DNA of 64,000 nt from Dehalococcoidia bacterium. GTDB lineage: Bacteria; Chloroflexota; Dehalococcoidia; Bin125. Below the pieces are notes generated by a model, which was not told the origin of the DNA, made no database searches, and saw nothing but the letters and a program-made list of their open reading frames with translations. Each line of letters begins with the position of its first letter. Within the stretch, counting starts at the first letter, position 1. Below are positions 17,705 to 27,356 of the stretch, piece by piece. Position numbers and translations under genes: made by a program. The stretch is from NCBI GenBank assembly GCA_963555985.3, contig OY820591.1:3072001-3136000 (forward strand), given 5' to 3'.

Positions 17705-19152
17705 TCGATCCACTGCGGCCCGATCAGTGGCGGCGCACTGATCTGTTCGATTGCTCCGACTTCGGAATAGCGCTCTAAGACTTCGAGCAACTCCTCGCTC
17801 AGGCGTTGGTAGGACGCTTCATCATCCGTCTCAAAACGAAGACTCAGCGCCGGCGCCGTGTTCGACGGACGCGCGTGAACCCAGCCGTCCGCGAACGTGA
17901 TCCGCGCTCCATCGGAGCGATCGATCTTCGTGTGTGCCCGCTTGGCGAAGTGATCGCCGATTGCGTCCGCGATTGCCGCCTTGCGCTGATCGGGGCAAGG
18001 CAGGCGCAGTTCCGGCGAGATCGGACGGGCGCGGATCTCGGCGAAGTGCTCGGCCAGCGAGCGCCCGCTGCGAGCGAGCAAGTCGGTCAGGGCGCAGGCC
18101 GCATAGACGCCGTCGTCGAGCCAGGGATACCGTTCGCCTGCTCGATATTCGGGGCCAAAGATGATGTGTCCGCTGGTCTCGCCGCCGAACGCGATCCGTT
18201 CCGCTCGCATCCGCCGCCGCGCGAAGGAGTAGCCCGTGCGCTCGAAGAGCGGCTGTCCGCCATGCCGCGAGATGTACTCGGCAGCGCTCGTCGAAGTCTT
18301 GCGATCCAGCAGAATCGCCGCTCCCGGCTCGTGCTCAAGCAGCGGACGCGCCAGCAGGGCGCTCAGCCAATCCGCCTCATAGCGCCGCCCCAGATGATCG
18401 AGCACGCCGATCCGATCCCCGTCCCCGTCCCAGGCGATGCCGCAGTCGAGCCCGAGCCTGCGCACGGCGCGGGCGAGCGGTTGCGTCGTTTGCGGGTCTT
18501 GCGGATCGGCGTGGTGATTGGGCGCGCCTGCGCGCGGGATCGTATGTAGGGCATGGACGCTCGCGCCGGCGCTCTGAAGCGCGCGCGCTCCCGTCAGACA
18601 GGGTGCCCCATTGCCCGGATCAACGCCGACGCGAAGCCCGCCCGCCTCCCCGAAGCGGTCGGCCAGCATCTCCAGATAGGGAGACAGGGCGTCAACCTCT
18701 GTTCGTTCGCCCCGAACTGCGAGCTGTTCCGCCCCGACCGCCCCAGCCAAGTCCGCGACTGCCGCGATCTCGTCCGGCAAGAGCGGGGCTGCCTCTGCCC
18801 CAATCAGCTTGAACCCGTTGAACTCCGGCGGATTGTGACTGGCCGTCACCACCAGCCCGCCCCCCGCCCCAAGCCGATCAACCGTCCAGCCCACAACCGG
18901 AGTCGGCGCAAGCCCTACCGCATACACATCAAGACCAGCGCCCAGCGCCCCCTCAAGCGCCGCCGCATAGAGCATTGGCGACGTAGCCCGAGTGTCGTGC
19001 CCAATCACAACAGTCTGAGCGCCCAGCCGACGCACCCACTGAGCAAACGCCGCCCCAATCCGCCAGGCGCCCGCTTCGTCAATCTCCGCCGGAGCCAGTC
19101 CGCGAATGTCATAAGCCCGAAAGATGTGGCGCGGAAGCTGAGCGGAAGCCAT
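17701..19152 (-). CDS. phosphomannomutase/phosphoglucomutase, copy 2
   Basis: FRAYDIRG, TASHNP, WDGDGDR, FGGETSGH, RPSNT. Confidence 0.9.
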   Translation of the reverse strand: MASAQLPRHIFRAYDIRGLAPAEIDEAGAWRIGAAFAQWVRRLGAQTVVIGHDTRATSPMLYAAALEGALGAGLDVYAVGLAPTPVVGWTVDRLGAGGGLVVTASHNPPEFNGFKLIGAEAAPLLPDEIAAVADLAGAVGAEQLAVRGERTEVDALSPYLEMLADRFGEAGGLRVGVDPGNGAPCLTGARALQSAGASVHALHTIPRAGAPNHHADPQDPQTTQPLARAVRRLGLDCGIAWDGDGDRIGVLDHLGRRYEADWLSALLARPLLEHEPGAAILLDRKTSTSAAEYISRHGGQPLFERTGYSFARRRMRAERIAFGGETSGHIIFGPEYRAGERYPWLDDGVYAACALTDLLARSGRSLAEHFAEIRARPISPELRLPCPDQRKAAIADAIGDHFAKRAHTKIDRSDGARITFADGWVHARPSNTAPALSLRFETDDEASYQRLSEELLEVLERYSEVGAIEQISAPPLIGPQWID

Positions 19153-19259
19153 ACTCCCACTCTACGAAGAAGCACCGGAACAACGGACAGGTGACCGAGA
19201 CCGTCGCCAGCCGACCGCCGCCAACGGCTACGCTTCGCCTGTATGAACGGAGACCCGAC

Positions 19260-20228
19260 ATGGCTTCAATCGAAGCAATGACCACTGCCGCGACCGCCTT
19301 CGTCGCCAGTCTTGACGATCAGCAGCGCGCCAAGACCGTCTACGACTACCTCGATGGCGAGCGCATCTTCTGGTACTACCCGCCCACCAACCGCCACGGG
19401 CTGCCGCTGCGCGACATGACCGCATCCCAGCGCGAACTCGCCTACGAACTCATGCGCGCCGGACTCTCGGAACGAGCCGCGCGTCAGGCCGAGCAGATCA
19501 TTGACCTCGAAATCATCCTCGGCGAGATCGAGACCGGCGCGGGCATCAAGACCTTCGTGCGCGACCCGGAGCTCTACTACTGGACCATCTTCGGCGACCC
19601 CGCCGGTACCGACACGCCCTGGGGTTGGCGCGTCGAGGGGCATCACATCTCGCTCAACTACAGCCTCTGGGATAACCAACTGCTCTCGATCACCCCGTTC
19701 TTCTTCGGCTCCAACCCGGCCGAAGTGCGGCACGGGCCGCAGCAGGGACTGCGCATCCTCGATCAGCGCGAAGACCTCGCCTACGAGCTGATGCGCGCGC
19801 TCGACGGGGAACAAGCCGAGCAAGCCACCATCTATCCCGAAGCGCCCTGGGACATCCTCACCTTCAACGCCTCCCGCGCCGTCTTGCCCGCCTACCAGGG
19901 ACTCCCGGCCGCCGAGATGGACGCCGATCAGCAGGCATTGCTGCGCCGCCTGGTTGATCTCTACGTCGATCAGGCCGCGCCCGAACTCGCCGCCGACCGC
20001 CGCGCCAAGATCGCCGCCGCCGGCTTCGATGGTATGCACTGGGCCTGGGCCGGACCCGTCGCCGACGGCGAGCCGCATTACTATCGGATTCACGGCGGCG
20101 ATTTCGTCGTCGAATTCGACAACCGCCAGAACGGCGCCAACCACATCCACTCAGTCTGGCGCGATGTGGAGAACGACTTCGCCAACGACGTCCTCGGCGA
20201 GCACCTGCTCCTCTACCACGTGCTCTAG
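19260..20228 (+). CDS. DUF3500 domain-containing protein
   Basis: WGWRVEGHHISLN, TPFFFGSNP, YYRIHG, NHIHSVWRD. Confidence 0.88.
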   Translation: MASIEAMTTAATAFVASLDDQQRAKTVYDYLDGERIFWYYPPTNRHGLPLRDMTASQRELAYELMRAGLSERAARQAEQIIDLEIILGEIETGAGIKTFVRDPELYYWTIFGDPAGTDTPWGWRVEGHHISLNYSLWDNQLLSITPFFFGSNPAEVRHGPQQGLRILDQREDLAYELMRALDGEQAEQATIYPEAPWDILTFNASRAVLPAYQGLPAAEMDADQQALLRRLVDLYVDQAAPELAADRRAKIAAAGFDGMHWAWAGPVADGEPHYYRIHGGDFVVEFDNRQNGANHIHSVWRDVENDFANDVLGEHLLLYHVL

Positions 20229-20238
20229 CCGCTCATGC

Positions 20239-20331
20239 CGTCATACCCGCGCTTGCCGCGGGCATTTCGCCGCGTTCTGCACCCTCGTCGCCAGCACATC
20301 GAGATTGCCGCGGCGGAGCGCGGCAATGACG
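20239..20331. repeat. CGTC-type REP-like palindromic doublet (no insert)
   Basis: CGTCATACCCGCGCTTGCCGCGGG...GAGATTGCCGCGGCGGAGCGCGGCAATGACG. Confidence 0.85.
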
Positions 20332-20360
20332 GAGATAGACATCCTGGAGGGAAGTAGGGA

Positions 20361-20702
20361 ATGTTCCACTACGAACGCGAGAGCCGAACCCCCCACTCGG
20401 AGTGCTACCTGATCGAAAATGAGACGGGCAGCCGCGCCCGCGTCGACCTCCACTTCGCGCCGCCGCTGGTCTACGCCACCCTCTGCGTGCCCGAAGCCTG
20501 GGCCGAAGAGGACATCCAGGACGTGATCGTGGACATTGACGATCGGCTCGCCAGCACCGCCGAGCCACTCCGCGAAGACCTGATCGTCACGGTCTGGCGC
20601 GGAGTCGAAGTCGGCGTCTATTCACAGGAAGAACCCGGAGAGCGCGACGGCGCGGCGTCGGACGGCCTCTCCGCCGATGCGTTGGGAGTCTTGAATGGCT
20701 GA
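20361..20702 (+). CDS. hypothetical protein
   Basis: Typical codon usage, purine-rich RBS, stop overlaps next start; ERESRTPHSE...RVDLHF. Confidence 0.7.
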   Translation: MFHYERESRTPHSECYLIENETGSRARVDLHFAPPLVYATLCVPEAWAEEDIQDVIVDIDDRLASTAEPLREDLIVTVWRGVEVGVYSQEEPGERDGAASDGLSADALGVLNG

Positions 20703-21114
20703 CGAGGCGACACCGGGCGTTGAGAACGAGCGCGAAGTCGCCGACGCGCTCTCACTCCTGTTCGACGGACACGTCGATCAGATGATGCCGCCGGAGGAGA
20801 TCGGCGAGTTCCACGACTTCATCCGCGAAGAGGCGCTGATGCGCCGACGCTTCGCCGTCTCCTTTCGGCTCGAATGCCGCTGTCTCGCCTGGATCGGCTA
20901 CTCGCTCGCCAACGTCGTCACCCACGAGGACGGAATCGAGTTCAACGCCCGCCCAATGCAGACCTACGTCCCCGATCACGAACCCGACGTCGAACACCCC
21001 GAAGGCGCCACCGAAGACCCGCCCGAACAGTTCCTCGAATGGCCGATCTGGCCGCTCGAGATCTACCAGGACGAGCTGGAAGAGGAAGAAGACGAAGACT
21101 GGGACGAGGAATGA
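20695..21114 (+). CDS. acidic hypothetical protein
   Basis: Overlaps both neighbours (operon-like); typical codon usage. Confidence 0.65.
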   Translation: MADEATPGVENEREVADALSLLFDGHVDQMMPPEEIGEFHDFIREEALMRRRFAVSFRLECRCLAWIGYSLANVVTHEDGIEFNARPMQTYVPDHEPDVEHPEGATEDPPEQFLEWPIWPLEIYQDELEEEEDEDWDEE

Positions 21115-21842
21115 GCGCAGCCAACAGCCGCTTCGCCGCTGTCTTCTTCGACTTGGACGGTACCCTCGTCAGCGAACGGATCGGCGTCCGCGAAGCCCGA
21201 ACCGCCGTCGCTGCGCGCATGATCGAACTCGGCGTCTGGGATCGCCCTGCCGACGCCTTCGCCGATCTGGTCGAAGCCACAATCCAGGACATCCTCCACG
21301 ACAACGACTGGCACTGGCCGCCTTGGCTCAGCTCGGAAGAGTGGCTGCGGCGCACCCTGGCCGCCGGAGAAGTCGAGCTCTACGGCGACGAACTGACCGA
21401 GCTGAGCCGGCTCTACCGCAAGCAGCGCATCGCCCGCGCCGCCGCGATCGCCGGCTGGCAGGCAGCGTTGGAGGCCGCCCGAGCGCACGGCCCAATCGGC
21501 GTGATCACCAACTTCTCCGACGGCGAGATGCAGCGCGACAAGATCGCCTCCGCCGGCCTGGCCGGACAGTTCGACGGCGTCTTCATCTCCGGCGAAGTCG
21601 GCATCGCCAAGCCCGAACCGGGCATCTTCGAGCACGCCTGCCAAGCGTTCGGCGTGCCAATGAGCGATTGCGTCCACATCGGCAACTCCGTCATCTCCGA
21701 CGTCGACGGCGCCCTCGCCGCCGGCATGACCGCCGTCCTGGTCGAAGAGGACGATCGCGAACGTCCCCAAGACCTCAACGGAGAGGTCGTCTGGTGCGAG
21801 GATCTATACGCGGTAGCGGGGTGGCTCGGGGTTGAGGGGTGA
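21111..21842 (+). CDS. HAD-family hydrolase
   Basis: FDLDGTL motif I, ITN, KPEPGIF, HIGNSVISD; ATGA overlap at 21111. Confidence 0.9.
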   Translation: MSAANSRFAAVFFDLDGTLVSERIGVREARTAVAARMIELGVWDRPADAFADLVEATIQDILHDNDWHWPPWLSSEEWLRRTLAAGEVELYGDELTELSRLYRKQRIARAAAIAGWQAALEAARAHGPIGVITNFSDGEMQRDKIASAGLAGQFDGVFISGEVGIAKPEPGIFEHACQAFGVPMSDCVHIGNSVISDVDGALAAGMTAVLVEEDDRERPQDLNGEVVWCEDLYAVAGWLGVEG

Positions 21843-22180
21843 GCGAAGATCGTCCGCGGCCGTGGGAGGGCCTCACGATTAGCGAGAGCGGGCTGCAAAA
21901 GATCAACCAGCGAGGCTACACCCTTGATGATGCAGAGGCCGTGCATGAACGCGATCCGTTCTGGGCCTGGCAAGAAGAAGGCGAGTACGTGGACGGGAGT
22001 GGCCACCTGGTCCGAACAAAGCCGCGCTGGCGCATGGTCGGTCGCGGGCCAAGAGGCGTGATCTTGTCGGTGGTCATTGAATTGCCAGGGGCAAGCGGAA
22101 CATCGGAGGTGGTATCGATCTTCGAGGCGTCGGCTCAGGATCAGGTTCGCTACGCTCTGTGGAGAAGGAGAAGGCGATGA
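21839..22180 (+). CDS. putative BrnT/RelE-like toxin
   Basis: KINQRGYTLDDAEAV...RWRMVGR...LSVVIE...VVSIFEAS..D.VRY layout; codon usage differs from flanks. Confidence 0.55.
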   Translation: MSEDRPRPWEGLTISESGLQKINQRGYTLDDAEAVHERDPFWAWQEEGEYVDGSGHLVRTKPRWRMVGRGPRGVILSVVIELPGASGTSEVVSIFEASAQDQVRYALWRRRRR

Positions 22181-22491
22181 CGGACTCTAGGCAAGCGTGG
22201 CTTGAGTCCCTCGATCCTCGCGTGCGTGCGGATGTTGAAGCTGAAATCGCGTTCTATGAAAACCCGGACAACTACGAACTAGTCGATTTCGATGACGATT
22301 GGGAACCGCCCAAAGAAGGCGGTATGGGACTGACAGTTGAGTTCAGCAGCGAGGAGATCAGAACGCTCTCGAAGGCATTCGGAGCGTCGGTGGAGATGTT
22401 CGAGATCATGCACGACACGCTCATGGAGCGAGCGCAGGTAATCCTGGCCGAGCGCGGCGATCCCGAGTCCGAGACCGTCGCGGCGGACTGA
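22177..22491 (+). CDS. putative acidic antitoxin
   Basis: ATGA overlap with putative toxin; acidic N-terminus, beta-helix-helix-like C-terminus (LTVEFSSEEIRTLSKA). Confidence 0.5.
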   Translation: MTDSRQAWLESLDPRVRADVEAEIAFYENPDNYELVDFDDDWEPPKEGGMGLTVEFSSEEIRTLSKAFGASVEMFEIMHDTLMERAQVILAERGDPESETVAAD

Positions 22492-22504
22492 TCGCCGACC
22501 CGGC

Positions 22505-23872
22505 TTACTGCCCTTCGATGATCTCGACGAGACCGCGGCTAAAGCTTTGGGCGTCTCCCTCGCCGGCGATTAGGGCATTGAGCGCGATCGCGAACGGATC
22601 GTCGGGACCGAGCGCTTGCACGAACGACTGCGCAATCTGGATCAACGCGGCCGAGGTGAGCAGGCGGGTTTCCAACTGGATGTTGCGGCCCAGACCGGCG
22701 AAAGCGTCGATCGAGAACGCCTCTCCCCACGCCTTGCGCAGCGCCATCACGGTCAGGTAGGACTGCGTCTGCGGAGCATCGGTGATAGAGAACGCGAGCT
22801 CGCCGCTGAGCAGTGCGGAGAGCACGGGGAAGCCGAGTCCGACCGTGCCGAGGACGGGCGCTTCGTCGGAGACGACTGATTGCATCGACTCCAAGGCCAA
22901 GAGCGCCGTGTTCGCGTTGAGCGTGAGGATGGCCCCGACCTGGTGCTCGGCCAGGGCGGCAGCGATCGTGGCTGGGCGATCCGGCTCGTCGCTGATGTTG
23001 AGCGTATGCACGTCGCCCGTCCAGGCCGAGGCCAAGCCCTCGCAGCGCTCGGTCAGGCCGATGTTGACGGTTTCGTGAATGATGCAGAGCAGATCGCCTT
23101 CCACGCCCAGGTCGGCGAATGCGCGCGCGGCGGCGCGTCCCAACCCCGGTTCGTCCAGCGAGATGTGAGTGGAGATGCCGCGCACGAGGCTGCCGGAATT
23201 GAACGTGATCACGGCCACGCCCGCTTTCGAGGCTTCCTGGAGCGCCGGCACGACGGCCTCGGGATCGGCGATCGTGCTGGCGATGGCTTCCGCGCCGTCG
23301 GCGACGCATTGACGGATGGCGGCGGCCTGCTCGGGTCCGGTTTCGTTCATCGAGCCGCGCAGCCGCACGCCGAGCTGCTGCGCCGCAGTCAGTGCGCCGT
23401 TGTAGGCCGTCTGCCAGAAGAAGTCGTCCGGCGTGCCGTGCGTGACGAAGCAGAACAGCGTGTCGGGAGCGTGCTGTTCGGGCGAGGTGGAGGGCGTGTG
23501 GAAGCGGTAAGGGCCGAGCTCGCCGATGCCTGGATGAACCGCCGCAGCCGACGCAGAACCCACACCGACCGCGCTGCTGCTGTGCCACACATCGAGCTCG
23601 CGCTCCGCCGGCAGGAATCGGCGATCGGGAGTAGCCGTCATCCACTCCCCGGCCGCGTCGCGCGACTGCACCGACACTTCAATCCGCTCGTCCGCCCGCT
23701 CGCGCACGAGCACCCGAACCTGCGTCGTCCCGTCCGCATCTTCGGAGCGGGCGCTCTCCATCGGCAGCAAACCGGACAGCAGCACAGCGGCGACAGCCGC
23801 CGCCGTGAGCACGAAGCCAACGGCAATGCCCGCGAAGAAGCTGCGGCGCGGTAGACGAGCGTGCGGAGTCAT
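22505..23872 (-). CDS. membrane-anchored sugar-type substrate-binding protein with an extra N-terminal domain, copy 1
   Basis: N-terminal TM; VTHGTPDDFFW, VITFNSG, CIIHE...GLTERC, QSYL. Confidence 0.75.
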   Translation of the reverse strand: MTPHARLPRRSFFAGIAVGFVLTAAAVAAVLLSGLLPMESARSEDADGTTQVRVLVRERADERIEVSVQSRDAAGEWMTATPDRRFLPAERELDVWHSSSAVGVGSASAAAVHPGIGELGPYRFHTPSTSPEQHAPDTLFCFVTHGTPDDFFWQTAYNGALTAAQQLGVRLRGSMNETGPEQAAAIRQCVADGAEAIASTIADPEAVVPALQEASKAGVAVITFNSGSLVRGISTHISLDEPGLGRAAARAFADLGVEGDLLCIIHETVNIGLTERCEGLASAWTGDVHTLNISDEPDRPATIAAALAEHQVGAILTLNANTALLALESMQSVVSDEAPVLGTVGLGFPVLSALLSGELAFSITDAPQTQSYLTVMALRKAWGEAFSIDAFAGLGRNIQLETRLLTSAALIQIAQSFVQALGPDDPFAIALNALIAGEGDAQSFSRGLVEIIEGQ

Positions 23873-23977
23873 ATCGAGCCTCAGGCAATCCGGCGGACTG
23901 GGACGGCCTCGCAACGAACGGCGACCGCGCAGTCAACGCCGGATCAGAATAAGGCCAAGCATCGCCCGCGACGGCGC

Positions 23978-25285
23978 CTACTTGTTCGGATCGTGCCGCT
24001 CGATCGCCGCCTCCAGTGCCGCGATATAGGTCGGCAGCACCTCCCGGAACTGCCCGCTGAGGCGCGTCAGAATCGCGTCCACGTCCTTTTTCAGCACGAC
24101 CTGCGGAGCGAGCGCGATGTCTCTTGTGCCGGAGATCAGGCCGTCGTCGTTGAAGGGCAAGCCGTGGACGAGCAGCATCAAGGGCACGATGAGGTGTCCC
24201 TGACTCTGGGGTTGATCCCAGATGCTGAAGGCGACCACGCCGTGGTAGAGGAGAGCGGGCAGGTCGGGGAAGCTGGAGCCGATCGCGCCGAGCACGATGT
24301 CGTCGCGGCCGGCGAGCGCTTCGGCGGCGAGGAAAGTGGTGTTGGCGTTCAGAGTGAGCACTCCCGCGTGGCCTGTGGCGGCGGCGCGGATCGCAGCGAT
24401 TTTGTCGGCCTCAGCCGAGATGTTGTAGACCTCAACTGCGCCGTCGTGATCGGCTTCGAGCGCGGCGCAACGTTCCTCCAGCCCGATGTTGGCGCGTTCG
24501 TGAATGACGCAGAGCAGGCTGCCGTCCACGTTCAGGCTGGCGAACTGTTCGGCTGCGATCTGGCCGGCGCGAGTTTCGTCGATGGCGAGATGCATCACCG
24601 AGCGAACGCTGGGCGCGTCGTAGCGGCCGGAATTGAAGGTCACGATTCGGGTCGGGTTACCGTCGGCCAGGGCGAGCGCGGGGCGGAGCGTCTCGATGTC
24701 GGCCAGGGTCGTGGCGACTACGGCTGCATCGTCTTCAATGCACTCGCGAATCGCGTCGGCTTGGTCGCCGCTTTCTTCGTGCAGCGACGCGCGCAGTTGG
24801 ATACCGAGTTGGAGCGCTGAGGTAGAGGCGGCGTCGTAGACGACGCGCCAGAAGAGATCGTCTTCCGTACCGTGGGTCACCAGGCAGAAGAGCGTGTCGG
24901 GAGTGACCGGGCGGGTGGCGGTCAGACCCTCGCGGTAGCTGAAGGGTCCGAGTTGGTGGGGCTGCTGGAAGCGATTGATGGGGGCGTCGCGCAGCAGGGA
25001 CAAGGAGAGCGGGCTGCTCGCGCGCCAGACGCCCGGTTCGCTGTCGGCGGCGAGGAAGCGGGCTGCGGGCAATTCGCGCTCGCCCCAGCCGGCGTCGGAG
25101 CGCTGCTGGAGTCCGACTTCGACTCGCCCGTCTTCCAGCGGTCGGGCGACCACGCGGACGTCGCCATCGTCGCTATTGGCAGCCCAGAGCACGCCGAGCG
25201 TGACCGCACCGATCAGGATGCCGGCGCAGACCAGCAGAAGTGAATGGATGCCGCGGGGGGGGGGAGAAAACGAAGAGCGAGACAT
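23978..25285 (-). CDS. membrane-anchored sugar-type substrate-binding protein with an extra N-terminal domain, copy 2
   Basis: N-terminal TM; VTHGTEDDLFW, IVTFNSG, CVIHE...GLEERC, DQPQSQG. Confidence 0.75.
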   Translation of the reverse strand: MSRSSFSPPPRGIHSLLLVCAGILIGAVTLGVLWAANSDDGDVRVVARPLEDGRVEVGLQQRSDAGWGERELPAARFLAADSEPGVWRASSPLSLSLLRDAPINRFQQPHQLGPFSYREGLTATRPVTPDTLFCLVTHGTEDDLFWRVVYDAASTSALQLGIQLRASLHEESGDQADAIRECIEDDAAVVATTLADIETLRPALALADGNPTRIVTFNSGRYDAPSVRSVMHLAIDETRAGQIAAEQFASLNVDGSLLCVIHERANIGLEERCAALEADHDGAVEVYNISAEADKIAAIRAAATGHAGVLTLNANTTFLAAEALAGRDDIVLGAIGSSFPDLPALLYHGVVAFSIWDQPQSQGHLIVPLMLLVHGLPFNDDGLISGTRDIALAPQVVLKKDVDAILTRLSGQFREVLPTYIAALEAAIERHDPNK

Positions 25286-25430
25286 GCTTGGGATCCTTGC
25301 GGGGTGGGCGGCTACCAGAAACGTTGCGAACGCCGCGCGGATGCTAACCCGCCACTACAGCGAAACTGCTCGACGAACGATACAGATTTTCTTCATTCAG
25401 CGCAGGTTGAATTCCAGTTGCGGGCGTCGG

Positions 25431-26387
25431 TCAGGATTTGCGCGCGACGGCGCGTTTGGACGCTGCGACGACCGCTTCGGCGGTCAGACCGTACTGATCC
25501 AGCAGCGCCCCCCACGGACCCGACTGGCCGAACGTGTCGTGGACGCCGACCTGTTCCATCGGCGCGGGGCAATGCAGCGCGAGCGTCCGCGCGACCCCCG
25601 ATCCCAGCCCGCCGATCACGTTGTGCTCCTCGGCGCAGACGATCGCGCCGGTCTCTTGCGCAGCGTGGAGAATGGCGTCCTCATCCAGGGGCTTGAGCGT
25701 GGCCAGATTCAGAACCCGCGCCTCGATCCCCTCCTCAGCCAGCGCATCAGCCGCGCGCAGCGTCGGTTCGAGCATCAGCCCGCACGCGATCAGCGTCACG
25801 TCCGCACCGTCGCGGAGTTGGTCAGCCTTGCCCAACTCAAAGCGCGCGCCCTCCGTGTAGACGACGGGCAGCTTGGGCCGCCCGACGCGGATGTACCAGG
25901 GCTGCTCGTCTTCGGCAGCAGCCAGTAGCGCCGAGCGCGCTTCTACTACGTCCGCAGGCACAACCACGTTCATGCCGGGCAGCGAGGTCATCAGCGCCAA
26001 GTCTTCGATCGCCTGCGCCGACGCGCCGTCCTCACCCACCGAAACGCCCCCGTGCGAGGCGACCAGCTTGACGTTCATCCGCTGCTGCGCGATCTGAACG
26101 CGAATCTGGTCGAAGCAGTGGCCGGGCATGAAGACCGCAAAGGAGGCCGCGTAGACGGTCTTGCCGGTCGCCGCCAGTCCGGCCGCGATGCTGATCATGT
26201 TGGCTTCCGCAGCGCCGACCGTGAACCAGCGCTCAGGGAACTCGGAGGCCAGCTTGTTGCCGCCGGTGGAGGCGGAGAGATCGGCGTCCAGTGCGACGAT
26301 GTCCTTGCCCGCGCGGGCGAGTTCGAGCAGGGTTGGCCCGTAGGCTTCGCGGGTTGCGGCGGGCGGCTGGACGGCTTGAGTGGTCAT
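25431..26387 (-). CDS. transketolase, C-terminal subunit
   Basis: ATREAYG, DADLSAST, GVSVGEDGASAQ, EEHNVIGGLG, DTFGQSG. Confidence 0.92.
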   Translation of the reverse strand: MTTQAVQPPAATREAYGPTLLELARAGKDIVALDADLSASTGGNKLASEFPERWFTVGAAEANMISIAAGLAATGKTVYAASFAVFMPGHCFDQIRVQIAQQRMNVKLVASHGGVSVGEDGASAQAIEDLALMTSLPGMNVVVPADVVEARSALLAAAEDEQPWYIRVGRPKLPVVYTEGARFELGKADQLRDGADVTLIACGLMLEPTLRAADALAEEGIEARVLNLATLKPLDEDAILHAAQETGAIVCAEEHNVIGGLGSGVARTLALHCPAPMEQVGVHDTFGQSGPWGALLDQYGLTAEAVVAASKRAVARKS

Positions 26388-27274
26388 CAGGCGCTCCCCC
26401 TGCCGGCATGGTGATTCGCGCTGCGCTTGAGGCCAGCCGCGATCTCCGTAAGCGCTTGCTCAAGCTGTTCGTCCGACGGCCCCTTGCCATGCCAAGCCGC
26501 CGGATTGCTCGCCATAAAGGAGACGCCCTTGCCCTTGACCGTCTCCGCGATCACGACCTGCGGCGCGCCAACGGTGTCGCGGGCGGTCGTGAGCGCCTCG
26601 CAGACCGCCGAAACATCATGCCCGTCCACATCATGCACGCCCCAACCGAACGCAGCCCACTTCTCGGCTACCGGATCCAGGCGCATGATCTCGTCACCGG
26701 GGCCGTCGTTCTGGAAATGATTGCGATCGACCACAGCTGTGATCCGGTCCAGGCCGAAGTGAGTGGCCGACATCGCCGCTTCCCAGTTCTGACCCTCGTT
26801 CAGTTCCCCGTCGCCGAGCACGCAGAAGACGTTCGCGTCAGTCCCGTTGAGGCGATGGCCCAGCGCCAGACCGACGGAGAACGACAGCCCCATGCCCAGC
26901 GCCCCGCCCGACATCTCCACGCCGGCCGGTCGCCCCCGCACCACGTGTCCCTGCAAGGGGCTGCCGAGGCTGCGGAAGCCGGACAGCAGCTCCGGCTCGA
27001 AGTAACCGGCCTCAGCCAGGGTCGCGTAGACCACCGGCGTCGCGTGGCCTTTGCTGAGGATGATCCGGTCGCGTTCGGGCCAATCGGGATGCTGCGGATC
27101 GTGCCTGGCCACGCCGCCGAAATAGAGGGCTGCGAAAATCTCCACCGCCGAGAGCGAACCGCCCGGATGCCCGGACTGGGCGGCATGAGTCATCGAGACG
27201 ATGTGGGCGCGAACGCGCTTGCAAATCTCTTCGAGTTGCGCGTGGTCGCTGACGGGCGCTGGGGAGTCGGCCAT
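26387..27274 (-). CDS. transketolase, N-terminal subunit
   Basis: SGHPGGSLS, DRIILSKGH, GDGELNEG...N TPP motif, TVKGKG, WHG. Confidence 0.92.
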   Translation of the reverse strand: MADSPAPVSDHAQLEEICKRVRAHIVSMTHAAQSGHPGGSLSAVEIFAALYFGGVARHDPQHPDWPERDRIILSKGHATPVVYATLAEAGYFEPELLSGFRSLGSPLQGHVVRGRPAGVEMSGGALGMGLSFSVGLALGHRLNGTDANVFCVLGDGELNEGQNWEAAMSATHFGLDRITAVVDRNHFQNDGPGDEIMRLDPVAEKWAAFGWGVHDVDGHDVSAVCEALTTARDTVGAPQVVIAETVKGKGVSFMASNPAAWHGKGPSDEQLEQALTEIAAGLKRSANHHAGRGSA

Positions 27275-27356
27275 GGGCGAGCAGGTTCCGGGGCTGTGAA
27301 AACGGGTGCGGAATTTATGCTAGTGGCGCACACTGACTGCGGATAGGCGAAGATCG

